Source: Octopus sinensis (lineage: Eukaryota). From it: 64,000 nt of DNA. The position numbers and the translations under genes were made by a program. Position 1 is the first letter of the stretch, and each line of letters opens with the position of its first letter. The stretch is from the NCBI RefSeq assembly GCF_006345805.1, contig NC_043005.1, positions 63,054,001-63,118,000 on the forward strand, given 5' to 3'. Positions 1 through 12,320 of the stretch are shown here, piece after piece. The notes under the pieces are model-generated. The model was given only the letters and a program-made list of their open reading frames with translations. It had not been told where the DNA came from and searched no databases.

Positions 1-949
1 TTGTAAGATTCTTGAAGTGAAATTGTGCATTGGAACAGATCTTGAGAGGGTCCTTATACGAAAAATAAACACATGCACTAGTTCTATTATACTTCTTTTA
101 CTATTATTATTAGTCAAATAGCTAACCATTTAACCATTTGACTAATCAATTGTTAGATTAATTATTTGGTCTATCAACATTTAACTAGGTTTAACAGGGT
201 CATTTGTTCGCCATTTGTGTTCTCATCAATGCCGTACAAAATGACCCTCCCAACATACAACAAAACACAGAGTTTGTAATTTATTGAGAATTTTATAAGC
301 GGATGTGTGAGAAATAAAGAACAGTTGAGATTTATTTATATGCGCCTGATAACACGTATCCTCTGGCCACAATAAGGGAAATCTTATAGCCAGAAAGAAA
401 ATATTTATATAGGCTTACTAAAAGATTCGAGAATATTCCTTGTGGCATTTAAGCATAAAAATTACTTTTTCTTCTCTATTAATGCCTATCAAAAGTGTCA
501 GTAGGCATTTTGATAAAGTTCAGGGATAGATTACTGTTAGCTTTGGTTAAAATTGTCAAATATGGTAATGCTAATTGCAAGCAGATTTAACTTTAAATCT
601 AGATGTAAGTTCGAATCTGAAGATATCTATGACAGGAAACCACTCCTCTTTTGTCATAAGTTGAACAAAATAAAGGAATGCCATGGAATATAATAATATA
701 GTGAATGCCATGGAATATAACAATAAACAACCAATGCAAGTTAAATAAGCAAATACCAATTAGCAGAACAGAAAAATGAAATTGTTCAATTCAGTTCATA
801 AATTGATGAAATTTTGGAAAATATTCTTGTATAGAAATAATCATTAAAAATTAGAAAATCAATAAGATGCATGTGTATATACAAAAATACTTACAATGTT
901 ATATTATCAATCAAATTGTTCAGTTATGAATTGTTCAAATATTGAAAAG

Positions 950-1750
950 CTTCTTGAAATGAGATACATGTATGGATAAATATATGTTGCAAGTAAATTT
1001 CTTAACTGTGTGAGTGTGAAAATGCTTATGTGACAGCACTGGTGATGTAGCTGGAGAAAGTGTTTTGCATATGACAAATAGTCTGCTATGAAGAAAAACT
1101 GAGAAGTAGCAATCTGTTGTGGTTGGAAGGTTTAAACACATGGAAAAAGAGTCAGAATGTGGCTACATACCTGTTGTATGTGAGACAAAGGTAACAATCG
1201 TGGTAGTGAACAATCTGACATGGTATACTCAGTTGAGTTACACATGACACCTTTTACTGTAATTGTGGCCATACAAACCCTAGTAGAATTCAAGTGGAGT
1301 TACAAATGAAATTGCAAGCATGAACTAATTTTAGGTACTTTACATATCTCAACAGTTTTAAATGAGCAATAGTAGAAAACTGTTTTCCACAGTTCATTAT
1401 AAAAATGAAGACAACCTGCTTGGCAGAGATGACAATATGGAAACTCATGTTTGTTCAGTGTTCTCTTCTTTGTCAGTGATGAAGACAATATGATGGCTTG
1501 TGTCTATGTGCTGTGGTATATTTTGTAGTATGGAAAAGAGTGACTTCAGGTCAATTTCAGAGGTGTCTCTTGACAAACAGTTGATGCTTCAGATGGACAG
1601 TGATAGATAAATTTTGTGAAAAATAGCAGAATAATCTATTGCTTCAGATTTATTTTGCTTAACATGTGCCTCATCATGACACTAGCTTGATGAAAAGTTC
1701 TGTTTAAAGTAAATAGTCAGTTGTTGCAATTAGACAAAAAAAGAATGAAT
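950..1750 (-). mobile_element. Heavily decayed Penelope-like RT remnant (tentative)
   Basis: Minus-strand translation gives TYNRYVATF*LF, resembling the RYVDDTF motif, followed by FSSYITSAV, resembling the TSVYRKP region. Many stops. Confidence 0.3.
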
Positions 1751-1816
1751 AATTATGAACTGTGATATGGATTATAATAGTAATGCACATCCATTCATAC
1801 GAGCAATGTTCATATA

Positions 1817-2222
1817 CGCGCATGAGTGGCTATGTGGTAAGTAGCTTGCTTACCAACCACATGGTTCTGGGTTCAGTCCCACTGCATGGCACTTTGAGCA
1901 AGTGCCTTCTATTCTAGCCTCGGGCCAACCAAAGCCTTGTGAGTGGATTTGGTAGACGAAAACTGAAAGAAGCCCGTCGTATATGTGTATATGTATGTGT
2001 AAGTGTGTGTGCTTATGTGTCTGTGTTTGTCTCCCCAATATCACTTGACAACCGATGCTGGTGTGTTTACGTCCCTGTAACTTAGCGGTTCGGCAAAAGA
2101 GACTGATAGAATAAGTACTAGGCTTGCAAAGAATAAGTCCTGGAGTCGATTTGCTCGACTAAAGGTGGTGCTCCAGCATGGCCACAGTCAAATGACTGAA
2201 GCAAGTAAAAGAGTAAAAGAGT
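1817..2222 (+). mobile_element. tRNA-derived octopus-type SINE (~410 bp, OK/OR group), full length
   Basis: tRNA-like head with A box (TGGCTATGTGG) and B box (GGTTCAGTCCC), central (TA/TG)n, conserved 3' half and (GAGTAAAA)n tail. Many copies in the window. Confidence 0.9.
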
Positions 2223-2901
2223 ATACAATATGTTGGGAAAGTTTAGTCCTTGTAATGGAATGAAAGACTGAACACAAAAACTCAAATTAAGTTGTGGCTA
2301 GTTTGCAGCATATGATGGCAAGTAAGCTTAACAGTAGCAAAATCATGATCTGTAGCGTGAGAGACAGTGAACCACATGTTGATAACAATTTACAATAAAC
2401 CATGAAGTAACATGAATAATTAGTAATGTGTATAATTTATAGTTTAGAGTGTATTTTTGTTTTTGTTTTTGTATGTGCATGTGTGTGAAATGAGAAAATA
2501 GTTGAACAGCAGGAGAAAATTGAAAAATATTTTAACATGAGCTTAAAGGCACATTGCCTCCAGCAGTATGAGAAATCTCTAAAGAACGTTAAATTCCAAG
2601 GTTTATATAGGCTGACTAAAAGTTTTGAGAATGTTCATTTTCCTATTTAGGAGCAAAAATTAAAACTTTCTGACATATAAAATCCTGACATAAAAAAATA
2701 ATTGGCTGGGAAAAGTGTGAGTAGATATTTTGATGAAATTCATTGGATTATTGCATCTAGCTATGGCCAACACTACAAAACATAGTAATGCTAATTGTAA
2801 GTAGATTTAACTTTAAACCTGGTTCAAATGCAAAGAAACTCTTTGTTACAGAACTTTTGAAAGCCATAAACATACATGATTTAACAGTGTTACACAGTAT
2901 A

Positions 2902-3063
2902 GGCGTAGAAGTGGCCATGGGATAAGTAGCTTGCTTACAAACTGCATGGTTCCGGATTCAGTTCCACTGCGTGGCACCTAGGGCAAGTGTCTTCTACTAT
3001 AGATTGGTTCGACCAAAGCCTTGTGAGTGGATTTGGTAGACGGAAACTGAAAGAAGCCTGTTG

Positions 3064-3096
<33 letters not shown>

Positions 3097-3324
3097 ATGC
3101 ATGTGTGTGTCTGTGTGTGTGTGTGTGTGTGTTTGTCCCCCACAACATCGCTTGACAACCAATTCTGGTGTGTTTACGTCCCTGTAACTTAGCGGTTTGG
3201 CAAAAGAGACCAATAGAATAAGTACTAAGCTTACAAAGAATAAGTCCTGGGGTCGATTTGTTTGACTAAAGGTGGTGCTCCAGCATGGCCACAGTCAAAT
3301 GACTGAAACAAGTAAAAGTAAAAG
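2902..3324 (+). mobile_element. Same ~410-bp SINE family, full length
   Basis: Colinear with the 1817-2222 and 55927-56342 copies. Confidence 0.9.
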
Positions 3325-3344
3325 TCTGCAGCAAATTCTTTTTT

Positions 3345-4280
3345 ATTCCTCCTTTAAATATATTTGTAAAAATCAACATCACAGTTTCCAATCTTACATA
3401 AGAAATGAAAACCTACCCCATGTATATGACTCTAGCTACCATTCACAATGACGCAGAGATTGCCAGCTTCTTCAATGTAGTCCTTTATATGCATGGTTGA
3501 AAAAGCGGTAAAGGCTTCTAGAGCAGACTTCTCATCCATTACTAAGAGAAAGAAGCACTCTCAGTGTCTAGTAAGTTATATTCATTTTCATTCAGTAGGT
3601 CCAGGCATCAATGACAAATCCAGCATGTTAAGGAGCTGCTGTAGGCCATTACTTAGTAGCTTATAGGAGCATCCATGTGTAGCATTAAGAAATCAAGTGG
3701 AATGAAAAAGCGGTAAAGGCTTCTAGAGCAGACTTCTCATCCATTACTAAGAGAAAGAAGCACTCTCAGTGTCTAGTAAGTTATATTCATTTTCATTCAG
3801 TAGGTCCAGGCATCAATGACAAATCCAGCATGTTAAGGAGCTGCTGTAGGCCATTACTTAGTAGCTTATAGGAGCATCCATGTGTAGCATTAAGAAATCA
3901 AGTGGAAGCATTGCATGATGAAAAGGCAGTTCAGCAAAATCCAAGAGAACCATGTGATCATGTGATTCCATACAGCATGTGATCTCTCAATTTTCTTGAT
4001 TTAAACTCCCTGAACTATTGAATCAGGATGGATGTTACTAGCTAGTGGACCCATGGTGCTGAAACTCATTAAGGTAACTGTCATTGGTCTAGTGATGCAG
4101 GGACTGTCAGATGCTGGTACATTTCCATGATTGCCTCAGAACTGTCAACGAGGCTAAGGGTAATTTTGTTGAATGGCTTATTACTTTGATGTATCTATTT
4201 GAACTTGAGTGCCATTTTTCTGGAAGAATGTTTTTTGTTTGGCATGTTTTACTTTTTTCATGTTAAATCCTATACAATGT
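3345..4280 (+). mobile_element. Decayed Tc1/mariner transposon
   Basis: Reads NFLDLNSLNY at ~3990-4020 (Tc1 NSPDLNPLDY motif). Also an FQQ-like segment and an N-terminal ND.EIA.F segment. Frameshifted. Confidence 0.6.
3498..3907. repeat. Perfect 2 x 205-bp tandem duplication
   Basis: 3498-3702 and 3703-3907 read identical base for base. Confidence 0.95.
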
Positions 4281-5269
4281 GCATCAGGCAACCAAAGACA
4301 AAAACATTCATATTTTCAAACTTATCCTATTTTCATCACTAAATCTCACAGATAGCTTTCAAAATCAATATTTAACATGCTACAATAAGGTTTCTAATGT
4401 TAGACCATTTGAAGTATCACAAACAGAATATAATAGAACTTGGTTTCTTTCAAGTAAAAACTTCTATTGAAAGAAGTTATAGTTACAAGCTACATATCCA
4501 CAAACAATAAGAATATGATCATTTAAGTGGAATTGTCAACAATATTTAAATCATAGATTATACTCAGGCTAAAGTACTTTATTGTGATGCCTTTTTAGTT
4601 GAGCTTTTAGTTTGTTGCAAAACATTTTGCTTTATTATAACTTTCAGCTATCCATTACACTTGCACAAAACTGCTGCATTGATTTCCATGTCTTCAGGTA
4701 AATTCCGATATCATATGCAGCTTTTTTTCAAGACTACTTCTTTGAAGAAAAGTTTATTTTCTATATATTCCTACTGGGCATTATAATCTATAATTTCAGC
4801 TATTAACCAATAACTTTCTACTTAGTAGGGCCCCCTAAGGAATTTGAATTAAAAGCCATCTTTGGCAGTAAAAATAAAGCTTCACATGCAACAAGATATT
4901 ATTACTTGGTATAATGTTGAGCTGTTGAGCACATGTGTAGTATTTTAAAAGGGTTGAGGTTAGAGAAGGCAAAATTAGGCTGCCATCTCTATGGATATTT
5001 AGTTCACGGCAAACATTTCACAATATAATCTTGGCAGCACATTGAATTTGACATGATTTAGCTTTGAGGAATAGGTTCCAGATTAACTTAAAATTACCTG
5101 AGAATAAACCAATAAACTATTAGGAAGTGGTTTATCTCTAATCTATCCAATCTGATGAAAGAAGAACAAGACACAAAAACTTAAAACTCATCAGCACTTA
5201 GATATTTACATAATTAGGAAGGTACATGCAAAATAAAATCTAAAATTAACCTGAAATGGAGTCATCACA

Positions 5270-5460
5270 GAGCTGACACCTTCATAAAGAAGTGCTGATC
5301 TCTCAAAATGGATGGAACATACGGAAGTAGGAGACCCAGAAATACATGGGAGGAAGTATTGAAGAATCACCTAAGGAAGCTGAACCTTTGAGGTGAGATA
5401 ACAAAGGACTGAGATACCTGGCACCTTACCATATTCAAGAAGACCCATACTCCACAGCAG
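5270..5460 (+). mobile_element. 3' end remnant of an RTE-type LINE
   Basis: Reads like GTYGSRRPRNTWEEVLKNHLRKL (GRGRPRKTW motif of the RTE C-terminus). Confidence 0.65.
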
Positions 5461-5479
5461 AAGTATTAAGAACAATCTT

Positions 5480-5752
5480 TCCAGTGGTGTAAAGCACTCC
5501 TGGCAGTGCCACGTAAAAATACCTGTGTGGTGCCATGTAAAAGTGCCTATGTGGTGACATGTAAAAGCACCCATGTGGTGCCACATAAAAGCACTCAGTA
5601 CACTTTATAAATGGGTTGGCATTAGGAAGGGAATCCTGCCATAGAAACCATAACAAATCAGACTGGAGTCTGATGCAGCCCTCCAGTTTGCCAGCTCTGG
5701 TCACACCATCCAACATTTAACATGGAAAACATATGTTAAATGATGATGATGA
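5480..5752 (+). mobile_element. Octopus SINE with internal GTGCCACGTAAAAGCACC-type repeats and (GAT)n tail
   Basis: Shares TTGGCATTAGGAAGGG...TAGAAACC core and (GAT)n tail with copies at 25528 and 47690. Confidence 0.8.
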
Positions 5753-7810
5753 GGGTAATTTTTAAATCAGTACATATTAATATTATTGTTCAGTATGTGA
5801 TGCATTTTATACATTGTTACATCCGGTCCAGATAATAGAAGACCCAAATTTCCTAGTTTATCTCTTGATTCTTCCTGATATTGTTTTCAACTGCAACTAA
5901 GTTTTCTCCAACTAATTTATCCACATGTGTTTTAAAGCAGTCTTTTGCCACTTTTGTGTCTGTCTTTGGACGATGGTTGTCACTCTCACAGATATTGTTA
6001 TATTCTGAAGTTGTCGACAGAATGGCACTATCTGGCACTGTATGACCCCCGCCAATCAGTATCACAGTATAATTATTATATCAGCACAAACACAACTATC
6101 AACACAGACTACACATACTCTCAACCTTCTGACCTTCTACTGTTGACCAGCTACTGGTCTATTCATAATGGCTGGCTACTACTACTTTTTACCGGGAGGG
6201 GTGTACAGTTTCACTATACAACATGTCATCTATGCGATCTAAAATGGTAACAATTTTGGCATCCTTATGTTTTATATCTAAAAGAGACTTGGAAAGTTTT
6301 GAAGAAAAGTTTAGTGGATCTCAAATTCCTTGAAAAGACATAACTGTTGTATAATTTCAGTGAGACAGATGCATTGTACATAGAAAATATATATTGGCTC
6401 TTGTCAGCTGGATATAGTTAGGGTTCATATATCAACCATCAAGTAACATAAGGTGTAATCAGCTCTATACTACTGAGGAAATCCTCTACTAAAAGCTATA
6501 TGTTTGACAATCATCAGAATTATTTGACAAGACAATGACATTTATAAAAAAATGCCCCTAACTTAGAGTATAAAATATATCTTTTATGTTTTCTTATATG
6601 GATTTATTTAAAACGTATTCAAAATATATTCAAAATACAGATGAGTTCAGCTAAATTTAAACATTGAACAATATAAAATAATATTTACATTTCATGGAAA
6701 GCTCCCTAGAGTAGAATTATATATTGAATTATATGCCAATCAATTCCAACAACTTGTCCAAATATCTTAAGTGTACAAGATATTCATTGTCTGCTTGCAT
6801 AAATGAAATTAATGCAAGCTACTAATATTTGATTTAGAAAATAACCAGAAAATAGTTCCAGAAATGTACTTTGTGTTATTTAATCCCTTACAAACCACCA
6901 AGGCAAACAATAGCCATTGAAATTTAAAATGAGAATGGTAATTTATGAGTAGACTTGCATAAGAAATGAGTATAACAAATTAATAAATGACAAACGAATT
7001 TTCTTTAGAATTTTTATTTAAATATGAAGAGTAGAACTGTATGCTCTCTAGAATCGTGAATTTTCATAAATATTAAAAATGATTTTTTTTTTTACCATAG
7101 AAAATAGAGAAAGAATTTTAATGATTTTGAAATTTTCCTAGAAAAGTTTATAATAATTTAAAAAATTTATTGGTTACAATTATCTCTTACAGTAACTGAT
7201 TAAAGTCTTATGATTTCATATCATCTGACTGACAAATGTCTATGAAAAATGCTTTTGTGAAAGATGCCAAATGATATTTTTAAAGTGCATCAGTGAAAGG
7301 AGGAATTGAAACTTTCTCATTAATTATTTTAAACACTTTTAAATTAGTTAAATTTATTTCAGTCAGAATCAAAGCTTACAGCTACACAGAATCATTCATA
7401 GACTGTGAAATACTAAACTGTTGTTTCTTTTATCTGTACATTGCATCAAACATTTTAACCAAGTTTTATTGATCAAATGTTTTGTTGTCAAGCAAAGATT
7501 AAGAATAGAATTTTTAAGAATACAAAACAACTAAATTCATTGATCAATAGTTAGTTTGCCATTTACACACAAACACACATTGCTGTAAGCCCTGTTACAA
7601 GCTGAATTAAACTAGATAAGTCAAAGCTTTGTGCTAGTAAACTGCTTCATTTAAATGATTTATATTGCAAGAGGAAATTCTGTTCAGGAGCATAGAATTG
7701 TAGATTTTTAAAGATAGAACTAAAATGGCTTCAACAAAGGTAAATCAACACTACCTGCCATTAGAAGCATTATAAAAGGGCTCAGAAACTCCAAACAAAA
7801 GGCATTATTC

Positions 7811-8329
7811 ATGTTTGCGGATTTCTCAAAAATATCTGGTAGTGTTAATAGAAACATCATATTACATATCTTGCTGAACTATTGTATCCCACATGAGATG
7901 GTCAGAACCAACACCACCATGTACAAATACCAATTAAGCTATGTGCAAATCACAGATGTTCCAAGCAAAGAGTTTCCAACATCAGGAATTATTCAGAATA
8001 TGTTAGCTTTTTTGCTCTTTGTGACTGTAGTAGAATACATCCTTAGGTTTCACCCCATCCAAGAGAAAAGACAAAAGCCTCACCATAAAGGAGAAGCACT
8101 CTAGACATCAGTAGAGTGTATCTTTCTGACCTTAAGTTTGTTAATATACTTCGAGAATGCTACAACCAAAGTTGGTCTGTTTCTCAATGCAGTACATTCT
8201 GAATACATGTACATCAATGTAGATGAAAGCCACCTGTCATCTTGTTCCAACAGAACACAAAGAGATTAGTGACTTCAAATACCTTGAAGTCAGTGACATC
8301 AAGTACTTCATGGTTGACAATTAGAAAGA
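7811..8329 (+). mobile_element. Decayed RTE-clade reverse transcriptase fragment
   Basis: ORF 7811-8104 has DFSKISGSVNR (DFSKAFDSIHR), NYCIPHEMV (YGIP), LAFLLFVTVVEYILR (LAPFLFIIVLDYVLR). DFKYL follows downstream. Confidence 0.75.
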
Positions 8330-8479
8330 CTTTCAAATTGCTTAGTATATGCATTGATATTGCATAAATGTGTTTATAATAGCTTTGCATAAGTGTTGCT
8401 GATATTTGCAATTTATAAATTTATAAGTTCCTTCTAACAGAACTAAAAGAATATACACTTAGTATTGAGTCAATAAATC

Positions 8480-8900
8480 CTGGAGTGTATGCAACAAGTT
8501 TCAAAACATCTGGCCAGCCTTCTTCAGGGCATGTGTAGAGAGTATTCAATGAAACTGAACGACTATCCAAGCAGATCTATGGGTTGAAGAGTTGTCCCCT
8601 GAGTTGTACAGAGGCATCATCTATCAGGAATAGCAGCGAGTCACCAACAAATGGTAGATGCAGTGAAATATTGTAATAGTGTACATCCCCATGTTGCTGC
8701 TTCTATGATTACATTTTTTGGTTTAACAGACCCTCTCAGTGAAGTGTAGTCTCTTCTGTAAAGCAAGACTGGTGATAAGAGAATCATTATTTGGATATGC
8801 AACATCACAGTTGATGTGACATCATAACATAATGACTAAAGCAAATAACCTTGGTACACCATCTTCACAAATGTAGTACATACACAAAAATTAATTTATC
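8480..8900 (-). mobile_element. 3' end of a Penelope-like element with a degenerate hammerhead motif
   Basis: Minus strand reads CTGAAGAAGGC...GTTTTGAAACTTGTT, a typical PLE-end signature. Confidence 0.5.
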
Positions 8901-9582
8901 ACGATTCCCCTTATAGTGAAGAGAGAATATTAGCTCAATGCTTAAAACTGATCAAAGCAGGGGGTGACATCACAGTCTGAGTGACATATGGTAAGTATAT
9001 TCAGATAAGTTCATATCTCTCTTGATATACTCAATTTAAACTATCAGTCTTTACAAACAGTAGACTCCAAAGTCTGTAATATCTTTTCATGGAGGTCACA
9101 AATTCATAAAAAAAAACCCCACTTATTTCAGAACAAAAGCTTGAGAACTGAAAATATTTAAAAACTAGAACAGTTGCTTATCACTTCAAAGTGTCTTTGC
9201 AATTCACTTTTAGACACAGTTCACACATTTGGGACTATACACCTGCAACACATAAACATTCTCAACTGCAGCTAAGATAAGGACTTCTGCCTGATTGGCA
9301 AGCCCTTACTAACCAACATGTGACAACCACTAGGTTGCTGGTACATGGTATGTCCATTTTATAATGACTGCATTGATTTTATGTCACTTGAACAAGAAAG
9401 ATTTGTACCATCACACTTAATTCTGTCTTTCATTTTCGTTATTCGAAATGTGCCATATTTACCAAATCTCATTATAAAGTTTTCTCAAACAACCCACTCT
9501 AAAACTGCAACCAACTAGAACTCTTCATACCAAGCTTTTCCTAGTAGAATTTCATTTTGAACATCGATCACAATGAACTTAC

Positions 9583-9622
9583 CAGTCCACAGAGTCTACA
9601 AGCACTGCTCCTCTTTTGTCAC
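9583..9622 (-). CDS. Candidate 40-nt internal exon of an unidentified host gene ((G)DKRGAVLVDSVD(W/C))
   Basis: Acceptor ttttttaaatgttatctag and donor CTG|gtaagt. Only one frame is open (phase 1 to phase 2). No homology recognised. Confidence 0.4.
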
Positions 9623-11609
9623 CTAGATAACATTTAAAAAAATGTTCTCTAAAATAAAACATGAATTTTGTTATAACTTCATATTTTTGAGTTTAAAAGT
9701 AGCTGAATTCAAATTGAAAAATTATTGCTGTTGATGAGGATAAAGATAACAACATTGAGAAAGTTTGAATGTTATCATTCCCTAATGACAACACTACTTA
9801 ATTTGCTGAATATTTGCTATTAAAAGTAGAAGGTGTTAAGAGGAATACTGTACTGACCACATACTCATCTCATTTGCAGCATATTTAGATAATAATGGCA
9901 AGTAGAAGCAGATTGCATTGCCATAGAGGAAGTGATAGAAGATAAGGACAACCATAAAATAAATGGAATTAAAGGATATATAAAAAAAGACATTGTTACA
10001 CATTTTCAATGTGTTACATTCAACAGAATTTCTCTAGTCCTAAATTTCTTTAAACTAAGTGAAAGGAAGATAAGAGAAATATTTACTGATTGTTTGTAGA
10101 AATTAAATTTGAAATTAAAATCTTTCATCTTTGCATGCATTTAATAGCTTTCAAATTACTTAGTATATGCATTGATATTGCATAAATGTGTTTATAATAG
10201 CTTTGCATAAGTGTTGCTGATATTTCCAAAAGTGTGTTTATATATGAGAAAACCAGTGGGAATATGCATGTGAGTATAAGCACACTAAGTTACACTTAAA
10301 AATATGTAATAATGACATGGGAACAATTGCTTTTTTCAATGTTTGTATTTTCATTTCTCACACTTTAATTTATGTCTAATCACTTCAAAGAGTTATCCTT
10401 AAATATATAACATACACATACATGTTTTCCTGTGAGCTTTAAGTTACTTTCAGAATTCAAGTTAGTTTCAAACCGATCAATGTATGATTTTATGAATGTA
10501 TGCATTTGTGTGTGGGGGGATGGGGGGATGGGGTGATTCTGTAGAATTAATGTTTTGTTCTTTTTAACAAATGGCTTCACATCCCTCCAAGTAATTTAAT
10601 ATTTGCTAATCTTGTTTTAAATATTTTTTGTATCTCTATTTATTTTTCATGTAGCAAATGCAGAAAGCTGGCTTCAGTGCCAGAAGCCTAAGTCTACTTA
10701 TGTAATCATTTTTTATTTTCTGAATTCTTGAAATTTTGACATATACCAAGTAGCCTTCTTGCTATTCATTCAGGTTCTTATAAATTTTGCAAATCCTAAT
10801 CAATTGGTAACTATTTCACCTCTTATCTGAAATATGGGTGTCAATAAATAAGGTCAATTATCAATGTTTGTCTCAATACAAAAGAATGACACAAATCAGA
10901 AAATTATAATTAGAACCTATTGTTTACTTGATTGGCAAAATTTCTTTGAAATGCTGTATTATATTCGTGTAAAAAAACAGTACTTTTTGACCTAATTTCT
11001 GTTTTATCAGATTTTATCCCAATATAAAATTGATTGATCACAACTAATATGGAATCAAAATAAAATTCCTTGCATTAAACAGAATTAAAGGAAAAGGAGG
11101 TATGGAAACTGTGTTAAACAGTTTATCTTGTTTTCTTTTTTAATCTATATCTCAATATCCATTTCTTGATTGGTATCTGGAATTTGAAATATTTTCTTGA
11201 AATCTAGGATCTAGACTAACCTATGATTGAAAACCAAGCAAACCTATAGGACATGTGCCACATAGCTTTTATATTCAGTTACAATGTATGTATGAAATCT
11301 ATTGTAACAAATCATAGGTTTTAAAATTAAATTTATAAGTTCCTTCTAACATAACTAAAAGAATATATATACATTTAGTATTGAGTCAATAAATCTCATT
11401 TAGTCATCACTGTTATCTTTCAGTCTAGGAGAACCTGATTAGACTATCATCATTGAACACAGCATTACTTCAAACAAAGTGAGAAAAAACATATTTTATT
11501 ACCTAAAGAAAATTTGGTTTGAGTATTTTCATTATTATTTATAAAATAAACTGTTTCACAACTGGCTCTTTAGCAATAATTATGAATCTTATACAATTTG
11601 AAATTTGCT

Positions 11610-12013
11610 ATACTCTTTATTCTTTTATTTGTTTCCAGTCATCTGACTGTGGCCATGCTGGAACACCGCATTTAGTTGAGCAAATCAACCCCAGGACTTA
11701 TTATTTGTAAGCCTAGTACTTATTCCATTGGTCTTTTTTGCTGAACCGCTAAGTTACAGGGATGTAAACACACCAACATCGGTTGTCAAGCGATGTTGGA
11801 GGAACAAACACAAACACACACACACACATTTATATGTATTCACATATATACAATGGGCTTCTTTCAGTTTCCATCTACCAAATCCACTCACGAAGCTTTG
11901 GTCAGCTCAAGGCTATAGTAGAAGACACTTGCCCAAGGTTCCACGCAGTGGGACTGAACCGGAAACCATGGGGTTGGTAAGCAAGTTACTTACCACACAG
12001 CCACTCCTATGCT
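11610..12013 (-). mobile_element. ~410-bp SINE, full length
   Basis: Reverse complement of the 1817-2222 family. Confidence 0.9.
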
Positions 12014-12059
12014 TATAACAAAAATATGGAACACTTCACAAATTTGCATGTCAGTAATG

Positions 12060-12320
12060 GCATGTACTCTTGTAGTTAGGGTGCTGGGCTCATGATTATA
12101 AAGTCATATGTTTCAGTTCCTGCACTGGGTGGCACATTGTGTCCTTCATCAAGATACTTCATTTCATATTACTCCCATCTACTCAGCTGAAAATGAGTAC
12201 CAGCCTAGTACTGGCACAGTCCTGTTCGCTACCCTGGCTTTCGCAGCCTGGATGTTCTGGTGGGCTAAAGATGAGATGACCAAGAAGGTGTCTGCTCACA
12301 ATTACATAGGTAATACCTAA
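12060..12320 (+). mobile_element. Older tRNA-headed SINE of a different family
   Basis: B-box-like GTTTCAGTTCC, then CAAGATACTTCATTTC...CTCAGCTGAAAATGAGTA core. A similar core occurs at ~57700-57770. Confidence 0.6.

Noticed and set aside
5853-6250. Overlapping ORFs and possible terminal exon (D)RIDDMLYSETVHPSR*
   Set aside because: Low-complexity ACT/ACC-rich sequence, phase does not fit the 9583 exon, and no recognisable product.
10512-10535. G-rich tract GGGGGATGGGGGGATGGGG
   Set aside because: Only three G-runs, insufficient for a canonical three-tier G-quadruplex.
12115-12310. Exon-like ORF FLHWVAH...AAWMFWW
   Set aside because: The sequence matches a SINE core also seen near 57700.
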